The position numbers and the translations under genes are program-made. From assembly GCA_964016885.1 (NCBI GenBank), contig OZ024742.1, forward strand, positions 280,922,001-280,986,000: a DNA stretch of 64,000 nucleotides, given 5' to 3'. The DNA comes from Eledone cirrhosa. Its lineage: Eukaryota. The notes under the pieces were generated by a model. It saw nothing but the letters and a program-made list of their open reading frames with translations, was not told the DNA's origin and made no database searches. How positions within the stretch are numbered: position 1 is the first letter of the stretch; every line of letters starts with the position of its first letter. Below are positions 41,632 to 53,990 of this stretch, one piece after another.

Positions 41632-44600
41632 CCTTGAATCTCAGTCATTGATGTTGGTTAACTGGAAAGTCCGTTGGATTGAATATCAAGCCACTACCTG
41701 CAGCCTCAGATATTCAGGACGTATCGGAGGGTTCTTGCCGTTCCAAGCAAGCATGCCTTTTGAAGCGTTCCAAAAAGCGTGAAGGGGCCGATTTTCTTTA
41801 ACCATCCCTGGAAACCTTTGGAGATAGTCCCCAGTGCGCCTATGACAATCGGGATCACTTTGACTTCATGGCAGTTCCAAATCCTTTTCACCTCCCACTT
41901 TAGGTCCTGGTATCGGTTAATTTTCTCCCTCTCCTTCTCTTGCACTCTCGTGTCGAACGGGCAGGCCACATCCACAATCAGGCACGATCTTTTTTCTTTG
42001 TCCACAACCACCAGGTCAGGTCTATTGTGTTCCAGTTTTTTGTCCGTCTGTATCCTAAAATCCCACAGCACCTTCACCTGACTGTTCTCCATCACCGCCT
42101 CTGGCCTATGCTCATACCATTTCTCAGAATGTGGTAGATTGTTTACTTTGCACAGGTGCCAGTGGATCACCCTGCCCATCACATCGTGTCTCCAGCCCTT
42201 ATAGTGGGTCTGGGCTAGGTGTTTACACTCGGACACAATGTGAGCCACAGTCTCCTCTCTCTCTCCACAGATCCTGCACAGTGGGCTAGCCTCCTCCTTG
42301 TAGATATGGTGCTTCAACCACTTCGTTTTGAGGGCCTGCTCCTGCGCAGCCATTAGCATTCCTTCTGTAGCCTTTTTGAGGTCTCCTCTTCTCAACCAGT
42401 TCCATGTCTGTGGATCTCTAAATTCAGTTTTCTCAAAGAAGGTACTATGAAGGGATTTTCCCTTAAGGCTGCTCTTCCTCCTTGATGTTATTTCCTCCTT
42501 GGGTATCCCCTGGCCTACTGTCCCCTCCTTCAGTACAGCTCTGAGCATTGGCTCCTTACTATAGGTCACGTATTTGTATAGGTTGTTTTTCTCCATCTGA
42601 ACACAGTCCTCTATGCTGATAAGACCTCTTCCACCCTCAGATCTCCTTAGGTAGAGTCTATCGACATCACTCCTCTTGTGGAACATGTTGTAGATAGTCA
42701 ATAGCTTCCTAGTCTTCCTATCCATTTCTTTTTGTTCAGCAACATTCCATCTCAGAATTCCCGCACTGTACCTAATAATAGACACAGCTCGGGAATTTAC
42801 TGCGCTTATGGCATTTCTGCTGTTCAGATGTGACTTCAATACGCTCCTTACTCTCCGAATGTATTCAGTTCTTAACAATTCCTTCATTTTTTTGTTCTTT
42901 ATGCCATCAGCCTCCAGAACGCCCAAATACTTGTATCCTTCCTCAGAGTCAATTTCCTTTATCATCTCACCTGTTGGTATCTGGATCCCGTTACTTCTGC
43001 TCAACCTACCCCTCCTCATCACAATGACTCCACATTTACCAATACCAAACTGCATACATATATCACTGCTGAAAATACGGACAGTGTCAACAAGCACATC
43101 CAACTCCTTCTCACTTTTCCCGAAGAGCTTAAGATCGTCCATGAAGAGGAGGTGATTGATGGTAAGCTCTCCCCTTCCCAACTTGTATCCTGCTCTCACT
43201 TTTCGCAGCACAATGGTCAAGGGCATCAGGGCAAGGACAAACAACAGAGGGGACAGGCTATCTCCCTGGAAGATACCTCTCTTGATCTTCACGCTTCCCA
43301 AGGATACTCCAGTTGATGTCAACTCTGTCTCCCAGGACCCCATACTCCTGCCCAGCAACTGTCTGATGTTATCTGCCACCCTGAAGATCTCCAGGCTTTT
43401 GGTGATCCAGGAATGAGGCACCATGTCAAATGCCTTTCTGTAGTCTATCCATCCCATGGCAAGATCAGTGTGTCTCCTCCTGCAATTCCCCATTACCATC
43501 TTATCAATAAGCAACTGGTCCTTTGTACCACGTGACTTCTTTCGGCATCCTTTCTGTTCGTCCGGCAACAAGTTGTTTGTGTGGAGGTGATGGTAGACTT
43601 CCTCAGACACAATGCTCGTCAACAGTTTCCACATTACGGGCAGACATGTGATAGGTCTATAGTTGGTAACATCATTACCCTTGATTCGGTCTTTCATTAT
43701 CAGAACTGTGGTACCTTTTGTCAACCACTCTGGCACCTCACCCGACACCAAGCAGTCATTGAACATGGCCGTCAGCTTCGGGTGGAGGGATGTTAAATGT
43801 TTAATCCAATACCCCTGCACACCATCTGGGCCTGGTGATTTCCAGTTGGTTAGTTTTTTGGCTTGCCCCTTAAGAGTTTCAACTGTGATACTCAAATCAG
43901 TCTGTTGCTGTGCCTGCTCACCGATCTCCCTCTGTACTGTCTCAATCCACCCTGCCTGGGCATTGTGTCTAACATCCTGCTCCCATATTCCTCTCCAGAA
44001 TGTTTTAGCTTGTTCCGCCCCAGGGATCAAGTCGGTGCCTCTTTCTTTCCCCTCAAGCTGTCCAAACAGCATCTTCTGGTTGTTGTCGAACATGCGGTTC
44101 TGTTTATACTGACTGACTCTGTTCTCGTATCGCCTGATTTTGGCACTCTTTGCTACAATGCGTTGCTTCAATTCCTCTATGATAATATTTAGCTTTTTAC
44201 TCCTAGTTTTGTATTTTATTTCCAGTCTATTTTTAGTGCCTATGTTTTTTAGTGTCCCATTCAGTAGTGACTCAAGCTTTCCTATGTCATTTCTCATTTC
44301 CCCGATTTGCCCACTCAGTCGCTTCTTCCACCACGGCTCTGCTCTTTCTTGTCTGTTGTTTCCTCTCGCTTTTATACCAAGTAGTTTCCTCACCGTATTT
44401 GCTGTTGCTTTGAGGATATTGTTGCACTGGTGAAGACTCCTCGCCTCAAGGTATGGGATGACTTTGTTTACCTTAGCTGTTGTTTCTTTTAACTTTTTCC
44501 TGTCTACAAATCTTAGGTTCATAGGTCTCCCACTATCATTGTTCAACTCATCTACCACTAAATTTAGGATGTCAACCGAATCTTGTCCTAGCCCGTCAGC

Positions 44601-45318
44601 ATTCATCTCCTCAGTGGCCGTATCTCTGTTCCAGGTATTATTTATCTCAGTATTCAGATCATTGTCTGCTTCGGGTGGTTCCTCCGCTCTCAGGACCTCC
44701 TCACCTTCATTTCCCGCCGGCTCGCTTGTCTGGCATACTACACCCGCCATCTCCAAGCCATTCTCTCTGCTCAGTTCCTCCAGTTCCAGCTCGCTTATCC
44801 ACCCATTAGTTCTTATTACCCGAGCCTGCCCGGCCAATTTTTGTTCATCTAATTTAAATAAACCAATCTCGTTCCAGATGTTATGCATCCGTCTCCTGTA
44901 GCCCCTCTCCTTGGGGTTACTTTTCAGGTAGCATTGCATAACAGTTCTATTCAATTCTTTCGTCCAGTTGGTTCTGGCCCCTTTCCTTCTTCTTCTTCCT
45001 CCAACATCAGCAGTATTTGGTTGACAGTCAGGTTCCTGCTGCTGAGCCAGGGGGCACCTGTTGGGTGAGAGTCTGTCACATGACGTTCTAGTCTCCATTT
45101 CACCGTTATTCGAACTGTTTATGTTCGATATTTAAACACTCTTATCGAGGATTGGCGAATGTATGTTTACATAGCCATCTGTGGATCCGCCATCCCACTT
45201 GGCCCTTGTGTGGCATTATCACCACGCTGTATACGGACACACATAAACAAACAAACACACGGGCAGAAAGGGTCCCAAAAATGAATAAGCATAAGTTTCA
45301 TTGTAATGTAGTATTCGA
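41632..45318 (-). mobile_element. R4/Dong-like family A copy 1, full length, flanked by (ATT)n on both sides
   Basis: 220-nt 5' UTR, single ORF, 74-nt 3' UTR; tracts at 41596-41631 and 45319-45366. Confidence 0.95.
41706..45098 (-). CDS. Non-LTR retrotransposon protein (1130 aa): N-terminal DNA-binding region, RT, CCHC knuckle, PD-(D/E)xK restriction-like endonuclease
   Basis: Uninterrupted ORF: [88 protein letters not shown]. Confidence 0.97.
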   Translation of the reverse strand: METRTSCDRLSPNRCPLAQQQEPDCQPNTADVGGRRRRKGARTNWTKELNRTVMQCYLKSNPKERGYRRRMHNIWNEIGLFKLDEQKLAGQARVIRTNGWISELELEELSRENGLEMAGVVCQTSEPAGNEGEEVLRAEEPPEADNDLNTEINNTWNRDTATEEMNADGLGQDSVDILNLVVDELNNDSGRPMNLRFVDRKKLKETTAKVNKVIPYLEARSLHQCNNILKATANTVRKLLGIKARGNNRQERAEPWWKKRLSGQIGEMRNDIGKLESLLNGTLKNIGTKNRLEIKYKTRSKKLNIIIEELKQRIVAKSAKIRRYENRVSQYKQNRMFDNNQKMLFGQLEGKERGTDLIPGAEQAKTFWRGIWEQDVRHNAQAGWIETVQREIGEQAQQQTDLSITVETLKGQAKKLTNWKSPGPDGVQGYWIKHLTSLHPKLTAMFNDCLVSGEVPEWLTKGTTVLIMKDRIKGNDVTNYRPITCLPVMWKLLTSIVSEEVYHHLHTNNLLPDEQKGCRKKSRGTKDQLLIDKMVMGNCRRRHTDLAMGWIDYRKAFDMVPHSWITKSLEIFRVADNIRQLLGRSMGSWETELTSTGVSLGSVKIKRGIFQGDSLSPLLFVLALMPLTIVLRKVRAGYKLGRGELTINHLLFMDDLKLFGKSEKELDVLVDTVRIFSSDICMQFGIGKCGVIVMRRGRLSRSNGIQIPTGEMIKEIDSEEGYKYLGVLEADGIKNKKMKELLRTEYIRRVRSVLKSHLNSRNAISAVNSRAVSIIRYSAGILRWNVAEQKEMDRKTRKLLTIYNMFHKRSDVDRLYLRRSEGGRGLISIEDCVQMEKNNLYKYVTYSKEPMLRAVLKEGTVGQGIPKEEITSRRKSSLKGKSLHSTFFEKTEFRDPQTWNWLRRGDLKKATEGMLMAAQEQALKTKWLKHHIYKEEASPLCRICGEREETVAHIVSECKHLAQTHYKGWRHDVMGRVIHWHLCKVNNLPHSEKWYEHRPEAVMENSQVKVLWDFRIQTDKKLEHNRPDLVVVDKEKRSCLIVDVACPFDTRVQEKEREKINRYQDLKWEVKRIWNCHEVKVIPIVIGALGTISKGFQGWLKKIGPFTLFGTLQKACLLGTARTLRYVLNI

Positions 45319-45357
<39 letters not shown>

Positions 45358-45366
45358 GTTGTTATT

Positions 45367-48324
45367 CCTTGAATCTCAGTCATTGATGTTGGTTAACTGG
45401 AAAGTCCGTTGGATTGAATATCAAGCCACTACCTGCAGCCTCAGATATTCAGGACGTATCGGAGGGTTCTTGCTGTTCCAAGCAAGCATGCCTTTTGAAG
45501 CGTTCCAAAAAGCGTGAAGGGGCCGATTTTCTTTAACCATCCCTGGAAACTTTTGGAGATAGTGCCCAGTGCGCCTATGACAATCGGGATCACTTTGACT
45601 TCATGGCAGTTCCAAATCCTTTTCACCTCCCACTTTAGGTCCTGGTATCGGTTAATTTTCTCCCTCTCCTTCTCTTGCACTCTCGTGTCGAATGGGCAGG
45701 CCACATCCACAATCAGACACGATCTTTTTTCTTTGTCCACAACCACCAGGTCAGGTCAATTGTGTTCCAGTTTTTTGTCCGTCTATATCCTAAAATCACA
45801 CAGCACCTTCACCTGATTGTTCTCCATCACCGCCTCTGGCCTATGCTCATACCATTTCTCAGAATGTGGTAAATTGTTTACTTTGCACAGGTGCCAGTGG
45901 ATCACCCTGCCCATCACATCGTGTCTCCAGCCCTTATAGTGGGTCTGGGCTAGGTGTTTACACTCGGACACAATGTGAGCCACAGTCTCCTCTCTCTCTC
46001 CACAGATCCTGCACAGTGGGCTAGCCTCCTCCTTGTAAATATGGTGCTTCAACCACTTCGTTTTGAGGGCCTGCTCCTGCGCAGCCATTAGCATTCCTTC
46101 TGTAGCCTTTTTGAGGTCTCCTCTTCTCAACCAGTTCCATGTCTGTGGATCTCTAAATTCAGTTTTCTCAAAGAAGGTACTATGAAGGGATTTTCCCTTA
46201 AGGCTGCTCTTCCTCCTTGATGTTATTTCCTCCTTGGACATCCCCTGGCCTACTGTCCCCTCCTTCAGTACAGTTCTGAGCATTGGCTCCTTACTATAGG
46301 TCACGTATTTGTATAGGTTGTTTTTCTCCATCTGAACACAGTCCTCTATGCTGATAAGACCTCTTCCACCCTCAGATCTCCTTAGGTAGAATCTATCGAC
46401 ATCACTCCTCTTGTGGAACATGTTGTAGATAGTCAATAGCTTCCTAGTCTTCCTATCCATTTCTTTTTGTTCAGCAACATTCCATCTCAGAATTCCCGCA
46501 CTGTACCTAATAATAGACACAGCTCGGGAATTTACTGCGCTTATAGCATTTCTGCTGTTCAGATGTGACTTCAATACGCTCCTTACTCTCCGAATGTATT
46601 CAGTTCTTAACAATTCCTTCATTTTTTTGTTCTTTATGCCATCAGCCTCCAGAACGCCCAAATACTTGTATCCTTCCTCAGAGTCAATTTCCTTTATCAT
46701 CTCACCTGTTGGTATCTGGATCCCATTACTTCTGCTCAACCTACCCCTCCTCATCACAATGACTCCACATTTACCAATACCAAACTGCATACATATATCA
46801 CTGCTGAAAATACGGACAGTGTCAACAAGCACATCCAACTCCTTCTCACTTTTCCCGAAGAGCTTAAGATCGTCCATGAAGAGGAGGTGATTGATGGTAA
46901 GCTCTCCCCTTCCCAACTTGTATCCTGCTCTCACTTTTCGCAGCATAATGGTCAAGGGCATCAGGGCAAGGACAAACAACAGAGGGGACAGGCTATCTCC
47001 CTGGAAGATACCTCTCTTGATCTTCACGCTTCCCAAGGATACTCCAGTTGATGTTAACTCTGTCTCCCAGGACCCCATACTCCTGCCTAGCATCTGTCTA
47101 ATGTTATCTGCCACCCTGAAGATCTCCAAGCTTTTGGTGATCCAAGAATGAGGCACCATGTCAAATGCCTTTCTGTAGTCTATCCATCCCATGGCAAGAT
47201 CAGTGTGTCTCCTCCTGCAATTCCCCATTACCATCTTATCAATAAGTAACTGGTCCTTTGTACCACGTGACTTCTTTCGGCATCCTTTCTGTTCGTCCGG
47301 TAACAAGTTGTTTGTGTGGAGGTAATGGTAGATTTCCTCAGACACAATGCTCGTCAACAGTTTCCACATTACGGACAGACATGTGATAGGTCTATAGTTG
47401 GTAACATCATTACCCTTCATTCGGTCTTACATTATTAGAACTGTGGTACCTTTTGTCAACCACTCTGGCACCTCACCCGACACCAAGCAGTCATTGAACA
47501 TGGCCGTCAGCTTCGGGTGGAGGGATGTTAAATGTTTAATCCAATACCCCTGCACACCATCTGGGCCTGGTGATTTCCAGTTGGTTAGTTTTTTGGCTTG
47601 CCCTTTAAGAGTTTCAACTGTGATACTCAAATCAGTTTGTTGCTGTGCCTGCTCACCGATCTCCCTCTGTACTGTCTCAATCCACCCTGCCTGGACATTA
47701 TGTCTAACATCCTGCTCCCATATTCCTCTCCAGAATGTTTTAGTTTGCTCCGCCCCAGGGATCAAGTCGTTGCCTCTTTCTTTCCCCTCAAGCTGTCCAA
47801 ACAACATCTTCTGGTTGTTGTCGAACATGCGGTTCTGTTTATACTGACTGACTCTGTTCTCGTATCGCCTGATTTTGGCACTCTTTGCTACAATGCGTTG
47901 CTTCAGTTCCTCTATGATAATATTTAGCTTTTTCCTCCTAGTTTTGTATTTTATTTCCAGTCTATTTTTAGTGCCTATGTTTTTTAGTGTCCCATTCAGT
48001 AGTGACTCAAACTTTCCTATGTCATTTCTCATTTCCCCGATTTGCCCACTCAGTCGCTTCTTCCACCACGGCTCTGCTCTTTCTTGTCTGTTGTTTCCTC
48101 TCGCTTTTATACCAAGTAGTTTCCTCACCGTATTTGCTGTTGCTTTGAGGATATTGTTGCACTGGTGAAGGCTCCTCGCCTCAAGGTATGGGATGACTTT
48201 GTTTACCTTAGCTGTTGTTTCTTTTAACTTTTTCTTGTCTACAAATCTTAGGTTCATAGGTCTCCCACTATCATTGTTCAATTCATCTACCACTAAATTT
48301 AGGATGTCAACCGAATCTTGTCCT
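45367..48324 (-). mobile_element. R4/Dong-like family A copy 2, 5'-truncated, two premature stops
   Basis: Near-identical to A1; AAA>TAA at 47427 and CAG>TAG at 45783; ends in (TTA)n 48324-48343. Confidence 0.95.
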
Positions 48325-48684
48325 TATTATTATTATTATTATTGGCGACCTACGTAGGAAATCGTATTATCGTGAGCTCCGCAAAGGTTTGTTATTTCCG
48401 TTTGTTTAAAAATTGCCATTTATGGAAAATTTTATTGTAAACTGTTTATAAGCACACATACATTGTTTTCCGAAAAGGACACCCAAAAAGATTGGGGCCT
48501 TGTGCCCAAAATTTTAACTTTTATTATTATCCAAAAATTTCTTTGAAAAAAAATAGCTAATTCCCCTCTGCACGAAGCAGCTGAAAGCCTTCCTCACAAA
48601 ATAACACCTCACACCGACACCACCATTGTAAATGTTACTACGTTTGCCAACACAAAAAAAAATATAAGTAGCAATATTTTAAAT

Positions 48685-50536
48685 TTGTCTCAGGCAGACA
48701 TTCATTTCCCGCCATTACCAATGACTGCAGGTGTTAAACCCTCCACCACCACCACCACCGCGACAACCACCACCACCACCACCACCACCGCGACAACAGA
48801 AACAAAAGAAGAAAAAAATAAAGTAACTCGTGACGTCGAAATGAAATCAAGCAAAATGGACTCTTCCCCACCAAAGACGACTGACGTCACCACCACCACA
48901 ACTGAAAATAAAATTAATATTAACGCTAGCAACAACAACAACAATGACATTATAAAACCGACCCTCAGTTTCGCCATCGTAGCAAAACAATTCGAAGCGT
49001 TCACGGTAACTCAAGAAGATTTAGAAAATGCCAAACAAATGGTAAAGAAAGATGGGTACAGGGTCAGCCTCACCCCGCACCTAATAAAATGGAGCATCGG
49101 CGCCTATGCACCGTGTCGTATAGAACAATAAATGTAAAATCGCGCCGAGTGGAACGGGCATCCGAGTCCCAAATCCAAAAAGCTTTGGGACATGTGTGGG
49201 CAAGAAAAACCCACATCAGACGTGGGCAAAAGTATGGAACCGTGGATGTGTTCTTTGAAACACCAGAGGAGGCTAGAGAACACTCCATGGCCCCATTAAA
49301 AAGTGACGACTTCACACTCGTCCCAAGCTATTGTGGCCAGAGACTCGTAAAGATCAGGGTGACCCACGTTCCACCGGCCATCGAAATTCCCTGGCTAATA
49401 GCGGCTGTCATCGCCGGCATCGAGCCCAACACGAAAATAATAACAATAGCAAAAGAAAAGCAGGAAAACTGGTCCGGATCTGGGATGGAGCTCCTGATCC
49501 AAGCGGACCAAAAAAGCATTGAGGAGATCCCAGAGGTAATAGACCTCACTGACGGCAGCCACCTCACGGTAATTGTCGAGGGCAGAAGACCTAGGTGTGT
49601 CGTTTGTGGTGAAGGAACCCACCTAAGGACTTTCTGCCCTCAGGCTAAAGGTTGAGGCCACCTCTCCTACCCACCCCAGTGACACAACCATCAACACCAC
49701 CAGTAGCAGAGATGCCAGCAACAACTGTAGCAGCAACAACAGAAGCAACTATAACAGCAACAACCCCAGCAACAGTAGCAAAACCAACACCACTACCACC
49801 ACCAGCAAAACCAACACCACCACCACCCAACGCTTCAGAACTAGCACCAGCGCCTACACCATCCACCACACCACAACCAAAACTAACGGCTGTGGAGGAT
49901 TTTCCACTCCCCGGCCTATCACAACTGGAGACAGATTGTGACGACGAGGAGTGCGAAACGATATCCGGAAAAAAAAAAGAAACCAAAAAAGAAAAAAATT
50001 CTCTTCCTTCCCCCTCCAAAAACAAAATACAGAGGGAAACAAATAAACTAAGAAACAAAAAAGTTAGGACAGATATGCCACCATCCACACCAGCATCACC
50101 AACCCCATCAACCCAAACACCAACACCATCACCATCATTAACTCCAACACCACTATCACCTACACCACAAAAGTCACCAAAATGCGAAACAGAAACAAAC
50201 CCACAACAAACGCAAACAAAACAAAACAACCAAAACGATACACACTACACAGTATTAAATTTGAACAACAACCAATTATTACACTACATCCAACACAACA
50301 CCAGCATCACAGAAAAAGACTACACATCAACCCCAAAATTCACACCACCTCCACACATACAAATCACTCGCATCACACAGAAAACGTACATGACACTAAA
50401 ACAAAAATTCCCCAAAGACATCGGAGACTTCCGACAAGCACTCTCCAGGAGGATTTATAAGGACATCCTTCCTGAGGAGGCCACAAGCAGTGAAAAGGAT
50501 GGAAAAACCGTCCTTCCCCTACGAGAAGTAAGGTAA
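48685..50536 (+). pseudogene. Tx1-like ORF1 (RRM-like region, CCHC knuckle, Pro/Thr-rich tail); frameshift near 49088 and TGA at 49653
   Basis: GQKYGTVDVFF, VEGRRPRCVVCGEGTHLRTFCP; homologous to the ORF1 at 61183-63089; true start uncertain. Confidence 0.8.
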
Positions 50537-50570
50537 GTGGTCTTTCCCATCTTTTCCACTCCTATTCAAC

Positions 50571-53500
50571 ATGACCTCACTCAGAATAGGCAGCATAAAT
50601 GCGCGTGGCTTGGGGTCGTCATGGAAGCAGGGCCACCTGCTCAACGACCTCAGGTCACTAAACATAGATGTAGTGGCCATCAGCGAGACCAGAATCTCCG
50701 AAGCACAAGCTTTCGCACCGATCTTCGGCGGCTACGATGTGTACGCATCTCCCAGCCGTCCGGGATCGGGGGGAGGAGTTGCTGCGCTTTTTCGGAGAGG
50801 TTTGGATCTTGCCATACGGGCCATCTTCCTGGACCCAGAAGGTAAGTTGGTGGTGCTGGACGTGACCAGCGGAGACGGGCAAGCTTTCAGGTTAGTGGCC
50901 GTCTATGCCCCGACAGGAGCAGGGCGGCCTGATTTCTTCCGGCGTCTGGAGACCTTTCTTGGAACGTCCCGCTCTTTAGTGTTAGTGGGCGACTGGAACG
51001 GGATCTTAGATGCACGCTGGGATTGTGTGGGATTAGTGGATAGGGAAGGAGGGTGCAAGAGTCTCACCAACCTGCTCAGACGTTTTGAACTGTCTGACAG
51101 GTACCGAATGGATTTCCTGAATGTACCAATGTGGACTTGGACAAATCGCATAGGGTCATCCAGATCATATCTTGATAGAGTATTTTGTAGGGAAATAGAT
51201 AGGTCTAGCATAGGCTGTCCACAATTCAAGATAGTCAGCTACACGGACCACAAATTCGTGATCTGTGTGCTTGACTTAGATAGGCTTCATAGACGAGGAC
51301 CCGGCTACTGGAAGTTAAACGCGTCCTTACCAGCGCGCAAGGCCTACAGAGACCGGATTAGCGAACTAGTTAAGCGGGCGTTGACGGGGGCCATCGTCAA
51401 CAACAAGTGGTGGTTTGCTCTGAAAAGAGCAATTAGAATAGAGTCCATTAGGTTTAGTAAGACTTTAGCAATAGAGAAAAATAGAGCAGAGGGAGAATTA
51501 GTTAGAAAATTAGATGAGGCGCTTAGCAAAGGCATCGCGACCGACGTACTTGCGGCGAAATTGGCCCTTGACCAATTCTTCGATGCAAAGCACGAAGGCT
51601 GCGTTGTCAGAGCTAGGGTGCGTGCTCTCAGACATGAGGGGACGAAAGCCGTTCAATGGGCCCGAGTGGCGGAGGCGCGTCGTGGCAACAAAGCCACGAT
51701 CCGGTCTTTGGTGGACCACGACGGGCGCATGCTACTCGATCCCGGGCAAATGTTTGAAGCTTTTCAGCGACACTTCGCTCAACTGTTCGGGGGCAGTGGC
51801 GGGCCGGTTCGAGGGATGGACTTTAGTGTCTACCTCGACGGACTGCCGCGGCTTTCGGCCACTGAGGCGGAGTGTTGCGAAAAGCCGATAACAACCGCTG
51901 AAGTACGGGATGCAATGACTAGTTGCACAAAGGGTAAATCGCCTGGTTTGGATGGTCTGCCCTATGAACTTTACGTACAAATGCCAAACTTGTTCGGAGG
52001 CCTCTTGGCGGACGTCTACTGCAACTGGCAACAGAACGGGAGAATTCCCAGCTCTGTGAGCCGAGGAGCGGTGGCGCTGCTGAGAAAGGATCCGAACAAG
52101 GGGGATAACATAGATAATTTTAGGCCCATAACTCTGCTAAACACAGAGTTCAAGATTTTGGCCAAGGTGCTAGCAAAGAGGTTGGCGCTTGTCGTTGGTG
52201 GTCTGGTGGGAGAGGCACAGACATGCGCCATTCCCGACAGATCCATCCACGACAACCTCCACCTCATGTGATACATCGTAGAGAGGGTAGCTAGGGAACC
52301 TGGCACGGGTGGGTATTTGATCAATTTAGATCAGTCGAAAGCCTTCGATAGGGTCGACCATCGTTACCTAACGGCAGTCCTGAGGGCGGCTAGCTTTGGG
52401 CCCGTCTTCAGAGGCTGGATCGCTGCCATGCACAGCGACATCTGCTCTGTAGTGAGAGTGAACGGTCACCTTTCGGAACCGTTCAACATCATGCGCTCGG
52501 TCCGCCAAGGATGTCCCCTCTCGTCCCTATTGTACGTATTGACTCTCGAGCCATTACTGCACAGACTGGAGACGTTGAGGGGGGTCCCGCGGGAACTAGG
52601 ATGCGGAAGATCCGTGTCAGCATATGCCGACGATGTCACCGTAGTGGTGTCGAACGCCAAACACATCGAGGCGATCGGCACTACACTAAGAGAATACGAA
52701 GCGGTGACAGGAGCAATGATCAACCAGGAATAGTCAGTGGGCCTGCAGCTCGGCACCTGGAGAGGCAGGTCCATGCCGTCCAACAGCGTCGTCGGGCGCT
52801 GGACGGACGGACCGGTTAAATTGCTAGGGGTCTGGTTCGGTCCAGACCTCCAGACGGACAAGAACTGGGACGAGGTGACGAGCAGGGTGGCTTCTCTCAC
52901 CCAGAAATGGGCCGAGAGGAAGCTATCCCTGAAAGGTCGAGCGGAGGTGGCGAATGCGTACATCGCATCCGGCATCTACTACCGCTTGACCGTCGTACCT
53001 TGTCCTAAGTCCCGCCTGACTGCGCTGGAGCGTTTGCTCTTTCGCTTCTTGTGGAAGGGACGCGCTCCGATGGTCAGGAGGTCCATCTGCTGTCAACATC
53101 CGCTACGTGGAGGGCTGGGCATGCCGTGGCTGATGATGCGCAGACACGCGCTCAGGCTACGACATCTCCACCTCTTCCTCGACGGTGATCAGGTGTGGTT
53201 GCCGTTTGCAAGACACGTTTTTCCCCAGCTCGTCTCCTTGACGGAGCTGCAGTCCTGGGTCAAGCGAAGACCGAGAGGGAGCGCTTGGAGACTGGAATGT
53301 CTTCAGGCGCTCACAGCCCTCGACCAATCGGGCAATGTGATCGGTGGAATCTCCACCTTGGCGTTCTATAGGGGATTAGTGGAGGGGAAGGGCGACGACG
53401 TACTTGGAGAAACTCTAGGCGTCGACGAAAATCAACTAGCCAATCTCTTCGGAAGGACTTTCGGGCCGGGGCCTATGGACAACTTCCAGAAATCCCTGGC

Positions 53501-53990
53501 CTGGCAGTGCTACCGAGGAGCTTTGCCAGTTCGGGATAAACTCTACAGGCATGGAGGTGCCGTCAGCCGGGCATGTCCGAGATGCGCGCAGGGCGACGAA
53601 ACCGTCCTGCACGCACTCGTCCAGTGTCCGAGCATTGCTGACTTGTGGGTTTATGTCGAACACCTGCTGTCACGTGTAGGACGGATCCAGCTATCAGCTG
53701 AGTCCATCGTGAGGATTGCCCCGCCCCCTTCCTTTAGCCTGGAAGGGCAGGCAGTTTTTATCTGTCTGGTGGCCATGGCGAAAGAGATAGTATGGTGGAC
53801 ACGTTTGAAAGGGCTGAAGGCGAGCACCTACCTCTTCGGTGATGCCCTGATTAACTTTTTCAAATTTCATTTGAAAAGGAAAATCAGGGTAGAGAGGGAA
53901 GTGCTCTCTTCCCAGCATTTTGTTGAAAGATGGGTGAGAGAAGCAAGTATAGCCCGAATGAATGGGCCTTCTCTGAGTATGTGTCTGTAA
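50571..53990 (+). pseudogene. Tx1-like ORF2 (APE endonuclease, RT, C-terminal zinc finger); in-frame stops at 52269 and 52731
   Basis: SINARGL, ISETR, VYAP, GDWN, YLDRV, TDH; GKSPGLDG, FRPITLLN, LDQSKAFDRVDH, VRQGCPLS, YADDV; CPRCAQGDETVLHALVQC. Confidence 0.93.

Noticed and set aside
41779-48168. Multiple plus-strand ORFs repeated in A1 and A2
   Set aside because: Antisense shadows of the retrotransposon ORF
49653-52733. In-frame TGA/TAG in Tx1 family 1 as programmed recoding (selenocysteine or readthrough)
   Set aside because: Explained by single substitutions (e.g. CGA>TGA, AAG>TAG); not at Cys positions, and the ORF1 stop is not shared by family 2
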